A stretch of 64,000 bases of DNA from Narcine bancroftii. Lineage: Eukaryota. Shown in pieces: positions 1-11,326 of the stretch; within the stretch, counting starts at the first letter, position 1; the number at the start of each line of letters is the position of its first letter. The notes under the pieces are model-generated. The model saw only the letters and a list, made by a program, of their open reading frames with translations. It was not told the DNA's origin and searched no databases. The stretch spans positions 5,208,001 to 5,272,000 of the forward strand of contig NC_091477.1 in the NCBI RefSeq assembly GCF_036971445.1, written 5' to 3'. The position numbers and the translations under genes are program-made.

Positions 1-45
1 TATATATATCAGATATTCAATTATTTGGATACGCAGAAACTGATT

Positions 46-1287
46 AAGGATAATCAAAACGGTATTTTAAGTCGTGTTTAACCAATCTTGTAGAGTCTTT
101 CGAGGAGGTTATCAGGAAAGTTGATGAAAGAAAGGGTCTGTATGTTGTGTACATGGTCTTTAGTAAAGCCTTTGACAAAGTTTCACATGGGAGGTTAGTT
201 AGGAAGGCTCTGACGCTAGATATGCATGCTGAAGCAGTCAACTGGATTTGGCAATGGCTGGACGGGAGAAGCCAGAGAGCCATTGCTTCTCAGACTGGAT
301 GCCTGTAATTAGTGGTGTGCCACAAGGATTGGTGATGAGACCATTGTGGTTATCATCTATATCAATGATCTGAATGATAATGTGGTAAATTGGATCAGAA
401 CATTTGCAGATGACACTAATATTGGAGGCGTTTTGGACAGTGAAGAAGGTTTTCAAAGCTTACAGGTGGATCTCAACCAGCTGAAAATATTGGCTAAGAA
501 ATGGCTGATGGACTAATGCAAACAAGTGTGAGGTGTTGCATTTTGGAAGAACAAACAAAGAAAGGATGTTCACAGCGAATGGTAGGGCACTGAGGAGTGT
601 GGTAGAACAGTGGGACCTGGGAATATATATACATAATTCCCTGAAAATGGCATCACTGGTTGTAAAGTGCGTTTTTGGTATATTAACCTTCATAAATCAA
701 AGTATTTCATATATGATCTGGAAAAAAATATGGAAAAGTTGTATGTGTCTAAAGATCTATTAGGCTAAATTTGGAGCATCGTGTGCAGTTATGGTCACCT
801 AACTACAGGAAAGATATCAACAAGATAGAAATGTTGCAGAGAGATTTTATTAGGTTGTTGCTCATACTTCAGGAACTCAGTTTCAGGGGTAGGTTAAATA
901 GGTTAGGACTTTATTCCCAGGAGCTTAGAAGAATGAGGAGAGGTATTTAACTCATGATGGGTATAGAAAGAGTGAATGTAGAAAGGTGTTTTTACACTGA
1001 GGGTAAATGAATTTCCAACCAGAGAACATGGGTTAAGAGTGAAAGCAGAAAAGATTAGGTGGGACTTGAGGTGGAACTTCTTCACACAGGGAGTGGTGGG
1101 AGTGTGGAGTTGAAGTGATGACTGCGGGCTCGATTTTAACATTTAAGAAGAATGTGGACAGGTATACGGATGAAAGAGGTAGGGAGTCCTATGGATTGCA
1201 TGAAGAAAAGTGGGACTAGGCAAAACAAAAATGATTCGGCACATACAAGCGGCTTGCTTCTGTACTGTAGTGTTCTATGGCTCTATA
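46..1287 (+). mobile_element. CR1-clade LINE, 3' (RT) fragment, decayed
   Basis: Broken RT motifs YVVYMVFSKAFDKVSHGRL, SGVPQG, FADDT, KCEVLHFGRTN; ends in a GTGTTCTATGGCTCTAT-type tail. Confidence 0.85.
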
Positions 1288-2675
1288 GTTGTCTACAAAA
1301 TTTCAAAAATGTACATGCCATAAAAAATAATTCCCAAAACACGGAGTTCTGATTGGTTCACTGAACTCTACAGATTTCACCGAAGATGTCAAAATATAAA
1401 CTTTACAATTTGTACTTCATTTCATCTAACCATTTCCAGAACAGGGCTCCCCCAACCAAAACAAGAACAAAGCTTCGAGCGTGAAAGGAAACATTTTGAC
1501 CTTAACGATACCCACTCATAAAATTCATAAAACCTGCATGACTACACTTCACTTGCATTACATACCCCCGCTTTAACTGGCATTGCTGATAGTCTAGCCT
1601 TTATCCTTGGATGCAAAATTCCAGAAAGTTTAGACTTGCATCAGAAGGCAAAGATATATTCTCCACTTAAATTATCCAGAAGTCTTTTCTTATTTCATAA
1701 CTCTTCGCCATGTTTCTATGGTCAGGGAGACGACGTGAGCATTAACAGAGTATTGAAAGGGCAACTATTTAGCTGAGGTAAGTGCAATTAATCGGTAGAA
1801 AATAAAAAAAATATAGTTTTAGCTATAACCCTGCATGTAATTAAATGTAAACTGTTGTGTTTTTGTAGAAGCTACACCAGACCCCCTGTTATCAACATAA
1901 AGAACAACCAGATGTGGACGAAAATTTGGAGGATATCTTGGAAACATCCACCCATTTCGCAAAATAAAAACTCCACTGAGGTATTGATTCTCCAGATCTG
2001 TCGACGTTAAAAAAAAAATCATCTTATGCTCCGTCTGAATGTGATTTGTAGATCCTCAAATGAAGATATATGCATGGGTAACGTTTGGAGAATTTTATAA
2101 TACCGTGACATATTTCTGAATATTGTATGATTATATCATCATGAGATTTTACACGAAGGAACGATATCGCCGCATAAATGTTGGAAATGATAACAGCTAT
2201 GGAAGAATTTAGGGAAAAAAATGGTATATTTTGCAAGACTGAATACAAACAAAATCCCCAGACGTCAAAGCATCATTTGAATGTTTTTCCTTATTACGTC
2301 AAGGTCGCGGAGTCAATAGCACATGAATAACGGGATCTAGCTGGTTACCCGTTTGAAATATGATGAATTCACTTTGTCTTTGATCTGATCGATTACGTTC
2401 ACGAGAAAAGGAGATGTTTATATACTTGAATTGTTCGTGATTAGAAAACGACAAGACATGAAAGTGAGCAACATCTCAGGGAAGAAAAATTGTACTCAGG
2501 TTGGAAGTGAAGCTGAAATGGCCAGATTAGCTCCTTGTGATTTTGCAGCAATTTTGTTTAGATTTATAACCTAAAAAAATTAATTACAACAATGAATACA
2601 AAACAATTCTGACCAATCGTTTTACTGCTCAAAAAAGTCATTAATAATGAAAGTGACGCTTAATTTATATTTATT

Positions 2676-2823
2676 ATTGTGCATTCATTAAATGTAACTG
2701 CTAAGTCAGACCTTGACGCTGCAGCTTTAAGAAGTGAAGAGTTTGCTGATTGGCCGACGTCCACTGTGCCTGCATTCACCAATCGGAAACTGGAATGGAA
2801 CTGGTGATCTGGACGGCCCCTTC
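2676..2823 (+). promoter_or_regulatory. Variable-exon 1 promoter module (CSE-equivalent region)
   Basis: ATTGTGCA 2676; GCTTTAAGAA 2724-2733; ATTGG 2749-2753; CCAAT 2779-2783; GTGATCTGGACGGCCCCTTC 2804-2823. Paralogous to six other promoters. Confidence 0.85.
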
Positions 2824-3082
2824 CACTCCCCAGCCATCATTACATACACTCAGAAGGACAATGAAAGAAGAGAGCGAGCAGTTCCGTCGGTTTTGTGCAC
2901 TGACCTTGCCGCAATTGTCGAAGAATTTGGCGCAAAATGCACACACAAATGAAATAAGTCAAACGGTTCGCAGAAGGGAGACGTGTTCCACACGCCGGTG
3001 AAACAAGAATCTAAAGAACCGTGAAAAGGATAATGCCTAGTACGGTCTTTTACTGACGTTTTAAGAAGGGGTTGGACTTGAA

Positions 3083-5524
3083 ATGAGGAATAACATATAT
3101 TTTTTGCTGAAATACAAACTATTCTATTTTGTGCTTTCCCCATGTTTTGGACAGATTCGATATTCAATTCCTGAAGAACTGCAAGCAGGCTCCATTGTTG
3201 GGAATATTGCTGCCGATTTAGGTTTCAATGTGAAACAACTGCCCGCTCGCAGTTTACGAATTGCATCTGGATCGAGCAGACAGTACGTAGACATAAATTT
3301 GAAGAGTGGTAATTTATTTGTGAAGGAAAAGATTGACAGAGAGGAGCTTTGTGGGCCGAAACACGGTTGTGTTTTATCCCTGGATGTGGTGGTGGAAAAC
3401 CCATTGAGCCTGTACGACGTGGAGGTAGAGATTAGCGATATAAATGACAACCCACCCAGTTTCCAGAAGAGCCAGATACGTCTTGAAATATCTGAGTTTG
3501 CGGCGACGGGGACGCGCTTTACTCTCGAATCCGCCCACGATCCGGACATTGGGATTAACTCGTTGCAAACATATGAGCTCCTTCCGAATGAACATTTTAC
3601 TCTAGATGTACAACTACGCAGTGGGAAAGGTATGTTGCCAGTGTTGGTGTTGCAAAGAGCCTTGGACAGAGAAATTAAATCAAAGCACATATTAAAGGTA
3701 ATAGCGAAGGACGGTGGTGTTCCAGTGAGGTCGGGCACGGTTCAGGTAGCCATCACTGTGAAAGATGTAAACGACAACACACCTGTTTTCCCTCAGTCGG
3801 TATATAGGGTGTCTTTACTGGAATCTGCACCCCAAGGAACGCTGATTATCAGATTGAACGCCACTGACTTGGACGACGGTCCAAACGGAGAAATAACGTA
3901 CTCCTTCAGTGGCCATAGTTCCACGGAAGTGCGCGAATTATTTGATGTGAATTCCAAAAATGGTGAAATCAGAGTTAAAGGATCTTTGGATTACGAAGAA
4001 AGCCGTGCCTTTGAGATTAATATCCAGGCAATGGACAAGGGATCTGGAGCAATACCCGAACATTGTGATGTTTTGGTGGACATCGTTGATGTGAATGATA
4101 ACGCACCTGAAGTGGAGTTACGATCGCTCTCAAATGCTGTTGCGGAAGACGCCCCCATTGGGACAGTCGTGGCTTTATTTGCGGCAACAGATAAAGACTC
4201 GGAACAAAATGGAGAGGTACAATGTCAAACTTCGAATCAACCAACCTTTGATCTTGATTCAACAAAGAATTACTATAAACTGCTCATTAATCACCCATTG
4301 GATCGCGAAAATATCTCCAGTTATGATGTCACCATAACTTGCACTGATGCAGGTAACCCTCCACTCACATCCAAGAAAACAATTCGGGTAGAAGTGTCGG
4401 ATGTAAACGACAACCCACCACGATTTCACGAGCCTGTGTATACAGCGAGGGTTAAGGAGAATAATATAATTGGGGATTTTATAATATCAGTACCAGCCTT
4501 TGATCCAGATGTAGGACAGAACGCTCGATTATTTTTCTCTATAATGCCGGCGGAGTTCCAGGGCACCTCAATCCTCACATTTGTCTCCATTAATTCACAA
4601 AGTGGCGAAATATTTGCTCAGATGCCTTTTGACTATGAACAATTTAAAAACTTTCAAATTCAGGTTCAGGTGCGGGATTCTGGAGTACCGCCTCTAACCA
4701 GTAACGTTACAGTGGATGTCGTTATCCTCGACCAGAATGACAATGCCCCAGTTATCTTAAATCCTTTGCCGGAATATGGGTCAACGGCAACAGAAACAAT
4801 ATCTCGGTTTGCAGAGCCTGGATATTTGGTGGTCAAGGTATCGGCCACCGATGCGGACTCTGGGGAGAATGCTCACATCTCCTATCATATTTTTGATGCT
4901 ACCCATTCTAATCTTTTTACTATTTCACCAGACACTGGAGAAATATGGACAATCCGTCAGATTATGAGCAAAGATTCATTTAAACAAAGGTTGGTGGTTG
5001 TGGTAAAAGATAATGGAATTCCGCCACTCTCCGCCACCCTGACTATAGTATTATCGATGGTGGACAGTAACAGTGGCAATAGCTTCTCTGGCGATGTTGG
5101 TTTCACTCCTGATATGAACCTTGCCTTGGTAATCGCCTTGGGGATTATCTCTGGCATTTTCCTTGTGCTTCTAATTATCCTTGCTTCTGTACTTCACAGA
5201 GATAGGAGCAGCCTGGGATGCCGGCACACATTAATTGGTGATTGTTGCTGCCTTCAAACAAGAAATTCTTTCGATGGAATTCAGAAGGCCAGTAGAAGTT
5301 TTCAGATACCACCGAACTATGTGGAGGTATTTGGGGGTGATCCGCTTTCCCAGCGTTTCCGATACGAATCCTGCTCAACATTGCAGTCGGTGAACAGAGA
5401 TGTCATCACTCCGAAAACTTACAGGTCGTGTTCGGAAAATAATTGCTCCCATAATGAGTCCATTATGAAGGAAAACAGCAGAGAAGTGAACTGTGATATT
5501 AATCGTAAGGCTGTAAATATAGAG
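3083..5524 (+). CDS. Pcdh: Clustered protocadherin variable exon 1 (signal peptide, EC1-6, TM, variable cytoplasmic domain); spliced to downstream constant exons not in window
   Basis: 833-aa ORF 3083..5584 with QIRYSIPEE start of EC1, DRE and DxNDNxP cadherin Ca-binding motifs, EC1 Cys-X5-Cys (CGPKHGC), TM LALVIALGIISGIFLVLLIILA. Phase-0 donor GAG|GTAAGG after 5524 (814 codons). Confidence 0.95.
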
Positions 5525-6899
5525 GTAAGGCGTTACGAATCAAAGGATAAGAATCTAGTTTTAAAAAAAAAACACAAAATGTGACAAATTTTCCGTAGGT
5601 AAGGGTGCACATGGAGGGAGAGATACCGAGTTCATGACTCAGGCGGAAGAGTTCATTTGAGATTAACATAAAAGCAGTTTTCCAATTGAAACGTTAAATA
5701 TTTATTTTCACACAAATGCAGCCTGACTTGCTGACTGGATGTAGCATGCTCCTTTTTCTTAAATTTGGTTTTCCACCATTTCAATTCTTTCTCGAAATCT
5801 TTCTGTAAACACTCACTGGCATTAAGATAAGTGGCACCTTATCATGGTCGAAGCGTCAGAATGGAAATTTCTGCCTGCCAGTCACTGTGCGTAATATTTT
5901 TAGAATTATTTTGGTGTGGCTATATTCCTTATTCCCGATTGCGCAAAGTCCAAGTAACATTGATAGCAATTTCTATTCATGTTTTCTGCTCCAGTCCCTT
6001 GGATGACCTCGTTAAGGCCACTCAAAGATAAACCGTTCCGCTTCTACTTCCATCAATACTATGCGTTAACTATTCATAGAGTTCTGAGAACTTTACCCAC
6101 GATTAAGCCTCAATTTTTTAATGAATTGGTAGAATATTTGTACTTCTGCTCTCTCAGGTAGATGCACATTTAAATGTTGTAAATATGTAGAAGATTAAAT
6201 ATTGCTCTTCTCTGAAGGACTACAGTTCGTCATCCATTAACAAGTCTGAAAACAAATCACCATGTCATTGTCATATTGTTCTTTCTGCGGACTAAATCCT
6301 GGAGTGCCCTTGTGCGCTAACTGCTCCATTCAGTCTTTGTAAAATTGCTCCATTCAGTCTTTACAAATTTTTAGAGATGGACATTGGCAACTTTCTGCAG
6401 TTGATCATTTTGTCGCAGGGGGCGGGGTTGGGGTAGGGGTGGGGGATATATCAGACATTGTACCCAGCTTTGCTCATACAGGAGTGTTATCTCCCAATTG
6501 GGTAATTTAAAAATATTTCTCCAAGTGATTGACCTGATCTAGGTGGTGAAAAGCTGCAGGGAATGTGTAGGCGGGCAGATTACAGTAGAATCCCTTGATA
6601 TGAAGGCTACTCAGCCTAACGTCACTTCTACATTTTATTTTTAAGTCCACCCACAGATATAATGGACGTTGGTCTTGTGAAACCAAATTAAATTAACGTA
6701 GACAACAATTCGTTGATATTTTCTACTACTTGCTGCTGGTTGAATGTAGATGGAAAACAGTGATTGTCTGAATTGTTCTTAGCTTTACGTTTAATGTCCT
6801 ATATTATCAAGTAGACGTGTGGACTGTTCTGTAAGAACACCAACAGCAAATTATTTTGGAGCCTATCAGGGCCGAAAGTAGATAACTTGTATAGAGGTA

Positions 6900-7170
6900 A
6901 GGGAGACTCCAGTGATCATCTCCGTAGTTTCAATGACACTCCATATTGACCTCCGACCTAATGGTTTGCAGCTACTATACCACACGGTGATGCACCCATC
7001 AGGACACACTCCAATGTGCGCTTATAGAACTATTTTAGGATGGTGGCCGTAGCCTTGCCCTCCTCTACGTCCTTGACTAATGAGGAAGGATTGAGGGTCC
7101 AGGAGAGGTCGTCGTTGAAACTGACGCCAAGGAACTTTATGCAGCGCACGCTCTCAATGACAGAGCCATG
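6900..7170 (-). mobile_element. Rex1/Babar-like LINE fragment
   Basis: Reverse-strand similarity to the Rex1/Babar-like copies at 8.9-9.7 kb and 44.2-45.2 kb (CCATACCACACGGTGATGCACCC-like segment, CCAGGAGAGGTCGTC). Confidence 0.5.
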
Positions 7171-7174
7171 ACGC

Positions 7175-8058
7175 GAAGGTTGGAGGAGTTTTGAATTGAG
7201 CTGAAGGTTCTCGAAGCATATACAAGAGCATAGACAGGATGTACAATTGGGAAGAAATGTTGCAGATGGATTTCAATTCGGATAAGTGTGAGGTGATGCA
7301 CTTTGGAAGGTCGCACCAGAACACTGAGAAAAGGGTTAATGGTCAGTTACTTAATATAGTGGATGAACAGAGAGATCATGCGTTTCAAATCCATACATCC
7401 CTCAATGTCACTGCACAGGTTGATATGGTAGTTAAGAAGGCCTGTGAGATGCTGGGATTCATTAATATAGAATTGAATTCAAGAGCAGAAAGGTCATGTT
7501 GCAATTCTAAAAATCTCCAGTAAGACTATACATCATATTGTTATCATTTCTGGTCACATCATTATAGGATGGATGTGGAAGCTCTGGATTGGGGGCCGAG
7601 GAAATTTGCCAGGATATTGCCTGTAAAGAAAAACAAGTCTTATGAGGCAAGGTTGGCAGAGCTGGGACTTTTCTCCTTGGAGAGTAAAGGATGAGAGGAA
7701 ACTTGATATGAGAGGCATAGATAGGGGGACAGCCAGCGCCTGTTTCCCAGGGTAGAATCAGCAAATACCAGAAGGTCATAGGTAAAAAGATATGGAAAGA
7801 AAATGAAGGGGCGATATCAGGGTTAAGTTTTCTTTACACAGAGTGTGTGGGTGCCTGGAATGCCTTGTGGAGAATGGTGGTGGAGGCTGAAACACTGAGG
7901 GCACTTACGAGACTCTTAGATAGATACATAGATGAAAGGAAAATCAATGGTTATGGGTATGGAGGGTTTATTGCTTTGTTTAAAGTAAGGAGTAAATAGG
8001 TCGGCACAGCATCGAGGGTTGAAGAGCCTCTGCTGTGCTATAGGGTTCTGTGTTCTAT
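7175..8058 (+). mobile_element. CR1-clade LINE 3' fragment
   Basis: MDFNSDKCEVMHFGR...EQRD motif; 3' tail GTGCTATAGGGTTCTGTGTTCTAT; paralogous to 46..1287. Confidence 0.8.
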
Positions 8059-8869
8059 CAAATAAATGAATGTCAAATCGTCACTGTCTGATATATTAGT
8101 CCAGTTGAATAAAATTTTCTACATACTGTCTGCGTGAACTAGATAAGACATTGAGTTTATGGTGAATGCAAGTGAAGCTTCCATCTATATCCATTTCCCT
8201 CACAGGCCTCTACCCCATCATCACCTTCTTTGGCATATGGTGAAAATTCCATACACCCTCTTCTTTCTTGAACAGAATATATGAAATAACAATACATTTT
8301 GATCTTAATGGGTAGAAATATGAGAGACAACTGCTTCTGTGATGTATTTCTGTGATGATGCGAGGGGCGCTGGACAAAGTGGCCACTCTCTGTCAATCTT
8401 ATAGTGGACAAAATCTAAAGAATTTCATGTATTATGCATTCTAAGTGTAGTATTATATGTCAATCATGGAACTTTTGCCTTTACCTTTTTGTTTTCTTTA
8501 TATTTTTCTTTCAGTTCGCACGTCTTAAATATGTTATTTTTTTTCAAAATATATGCAACTTAACTCAATCTTTTCTACTGCAACATGCAATAATTAAATG
8601 TGAGCACATAAGGAACTGTCCATTTAATGGAAAAAAAAACAGCAAGTGCTTTGATGTCCATACCCTGCTGCATCAAATTAGTAGTTTTCTTTATCCCCTC
8701 GGATGACATGTCATCTTTCAGTGAAACAGCACGTCCTTGAGTTCTTTGATGTACTTGTTTAAATCGTGCACACATGCTGACACAATTTGTCCGACTCCGC
8801 GAAGGTCGAGTTTGTACAAGATTGTACAAGGTGCGTCACAAATGAAAGGAGCCGGAAATTCAAAACCCG

Positions 8870-9735
8870 AATCAGAATCATGTGTATTGTCATTAACACG
8901 TGTCATGTAATGTGTTACTTAGCGGGAGCAGTATTATACAATTACAGGTGATAAATTGCTTAAAATTACAAATCCGTAAATACGAAATAAAGAAAAAAAG
9001 GGAGGTAGTGTCTAGAGATTAATTGTCTGTTAATAAATCTGGTAGAGAATGTGGATGAAGCTGTTTTTGTATCGTTATGAGTGCGTCTTTGGGCTTCTGT
9101 ACCTCCTTTCTGATGGTAGCACTGTGAAAAGCCTGGCTGGTGTGGGTCCTTGATGATAGGGGCTACTTTCGTGAGACACAGCCTCTTAACGACGTCGTTA
9201 GTGGAGTGAAAATTAATGTCCATGATGGCCCTGGGCCAGTTTTTCCGGTTTTGTGCATGAGCATCTCCATACCAGATAGTCAGAATGTTCTCCCTGGTAA
9301 ACACTTAGAAATTTGCAAGAGTCTTTGGTGAGATACAAAATAATCTCAAGCCCCGAACGAAATAGAGCAGTTGCTGTGGCTTCGTCATGATTGCGCCGAC
9401 ATGATGGCTCCAGGATAGTTATTCAGAGATGTTAGAACTTAGGCATTAGAAATTCCTTATCCTCTCCACTGCTGACCCCTCGACAAGGACTGCTTTGTAT
9501 TCTCCTGGTTTCCTATTCCTGAAGTCCACAATCAATTCTTTAGTTTTGTTAACCTTAAGTGCAAGGTTATTGAGGCACCAGTAAATTAGCTGATCTATTT
9601 CGCTCCTGTAAGCTTTCTCATTGCCGACTGTTGTGTCATCAGCAAATTTATGGTTGGGATTTGAACTGTGTCTAGCCACAAAGTCATGTGTGTAGAGAGA
9701 GTAGCGAAATGGGATAAGCACTCACGTTTGAGGTG
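8870..9735 (-). mobile_element. Rex1/Babar-like LINE RT 3' fragment
   Basis: ORF 9446..9721 YSLYTHDFVA...KFADDTTV...LKVNKTKELIVDFR and ORF 8966..9304 ENILTIWYG...IIKDPHQPG are typical Rex1/Babar (L2-group) RT C-terminal motifs. Confidence 0.8.
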
Positions 9736-9759
9736 CGCAATTTTGCACATGGTCCCTGA

Positions 9760-10565
9760 AATCGGTCAGTAAGTTTTCATATAATATGAAGGTTGGAAGA
9801 GTTCTGGATAGTGTAATGGCTTGTCGTAGGTTAAGACAGGGCATAGTCCGTATACAGTGTTGGGTGGAAAAGTGAGAGATGGAATTCAACCATAATAAGT
9901 GTAAAATGATGCTCCTTGGAATGTCATCAATGTGAAAGACAACCGACAAGGGTCCAGGTCCAGAGATATTTCAAGCTTGCGACTTGACTTATCGGGTGGT
10001 TAAAAGGCCATCATTAGTCGGGGGATTGTGTTCAAGAGCTGTGAGGTAATGTTACAGCTCACTAAATTCTAGTTATACCACATCCGCAGAATTGTATTCA
10101 GTTCTATTAGTCTCGTAAGAGAAGAGTTTTTAGAGACAGTGCAGAGGACATTTATTGGTATGTTGCCTGGATTGGGGAATATGTCTTGGTTGACAGAGGT
10201 AGACCTTTTCTCTTTAGAGCGACAAAGGATAAGAGGCACCCAAATAGAAGTATATAAGATTGTGACGGGCCAGCATTTTTTCCCAATGTGACAATTTAGG
10301 GGATATGTCAGACATTTTTTCACACAGAAAGCGGGGGGGGGGGGGGGGGGGTGGGGGGGATGCTAGGAATACATTGCCGGAGGTGCTGGTGTGACACGTA
10401 CAATGGGGACGTTTGAAATTCTCTTCGCTGGCATGTGAATGTAAGTATAATAGAGCGTTAAAGGGAAGGATTACATTGCTGTGAGTATGTTTACATAGGT
10501 TAGCACAACCTTCGTCAGCCGAACGAAATACCCTGTGCAATAATGTTCTATTTTCTCTGTTCTAT
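9760..10565 (+). mobile_element. CR1-clade LINE 3' fragment with internal poly-G tract
   Basis: EFNHNKCKMM remnant, similarity to other CR1 copies, TGTTCTAT tail; G-run 10333-10359. Confidence 0.7.
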
Positions 10566-10781
10566 ATTTCTACGTGAATATATGAAGATGACCTGCCAAC
10601 TTGGAGTGACAGTCAACAGTTAATCAGGCTGGAAAATAAGGGAGGAATATACAGGTGGTTTAACAATAGGTTTATACGCCTGAGGTCTGTATTATTTTTC
10701 TATTTATTTTTTTTCCTAGTTAACAATTTGTTTATTGTCGTCCTTAATATATTAATTAAATATATTTGCCCATAACACTGT

Positions 10782-10927
10782 NNNNNNNNNNNNNNNNNNN
10801 NNNNNNNNNNNNNNNNNNNNNNNNNNNNNNNNNNNNNNNNNNNNNNNNNNNNNNNNNNNNNNNNNNNNNNNNNNNNNNNNNNNNNNNNNNNNNNNNNNNN
10901 NNNNNNNNNNNNNNNNNNNNNNNNNNN
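10782..10927. other. Assembly gap (N run) immediately upstream of promoter 2
   Basis: Run of N. Confidence 1.
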
Positions 10928-10928
10928 T

Positions 10929-11074
10929 AATTGTGCAACAATAAATACATTTCTGCGTAATTTTAAGTTGACCTTGCTTTAAGAAACAAGGGATACGCTC
11001 ATTGGTCGAATATCAATGAGTTCCTCAACCAATCGGGATCTGAAATGTGGTGAGTGATCCTCACAGCCCCCTTC
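10929..11074 (+). promoter_or_regulatory. Variable-exon 2 promoter module
   Basis: AATTGTGCAAC 10929; GCTTTAAGAA 10976-10985; ATTGG 11001; CCAAT 11029; GTGATCCTCACAGCCCCCTTC 11054-11074. Confidence 0.85.
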
Positions 11075-11326
11075 AGGACACAGCGACCATCACGCAAAAT
11101 CAGACACAGAGAAAACTGGATTGCCACCAGCTCCAAGGGATTTTTGCAGGGATCTTTTCGCAACTGAAGGCAAAATGCGTGCATTTTAATGAAATAATTC
11201 GAGAGATTCGCAAGCGGTAAGGGCGTTTTTTGCACAGTACATTTTTTTTATTTAACGCCGACTCACGGGTTGAAGGACAATGGAGACAGTCTCGGCCTAA
11301 ATCCATTGGAATGACTTCTACTAGAA

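Noticed and set aside
3124-3738. Long antisense ORFs over EC1/EC2 (also 47836..48528, 30775..31158, 19864..20253)
   Set aside because: Shadow ORFs in mirror frame to the cadherin codons; they recur only because the sense exons are paralogous, and show no independent protein features.
5561-5584. Lys-rich C-terminus KKKHKM of the exon 1 read-through as an ER-retrieval signal
   Set aside because: Does not fit KKxx or KxKxx, comes from an intronic poly-A run, and is not conserved in paralogs.
10333-10359. Poly-G/poly-C tracts as G-quadruplex regulators (also ~37176-37290, 42190, 44765, 51833)
   Set aside because: They lie in or beside decayed repeats, are not positionally conserved relative to exons, and homopolymer lengths are error-prone.
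10756-10950. ORFs containing X runs (also 62442..62706)
   Set aside because: Artefacts of assembly gaps.
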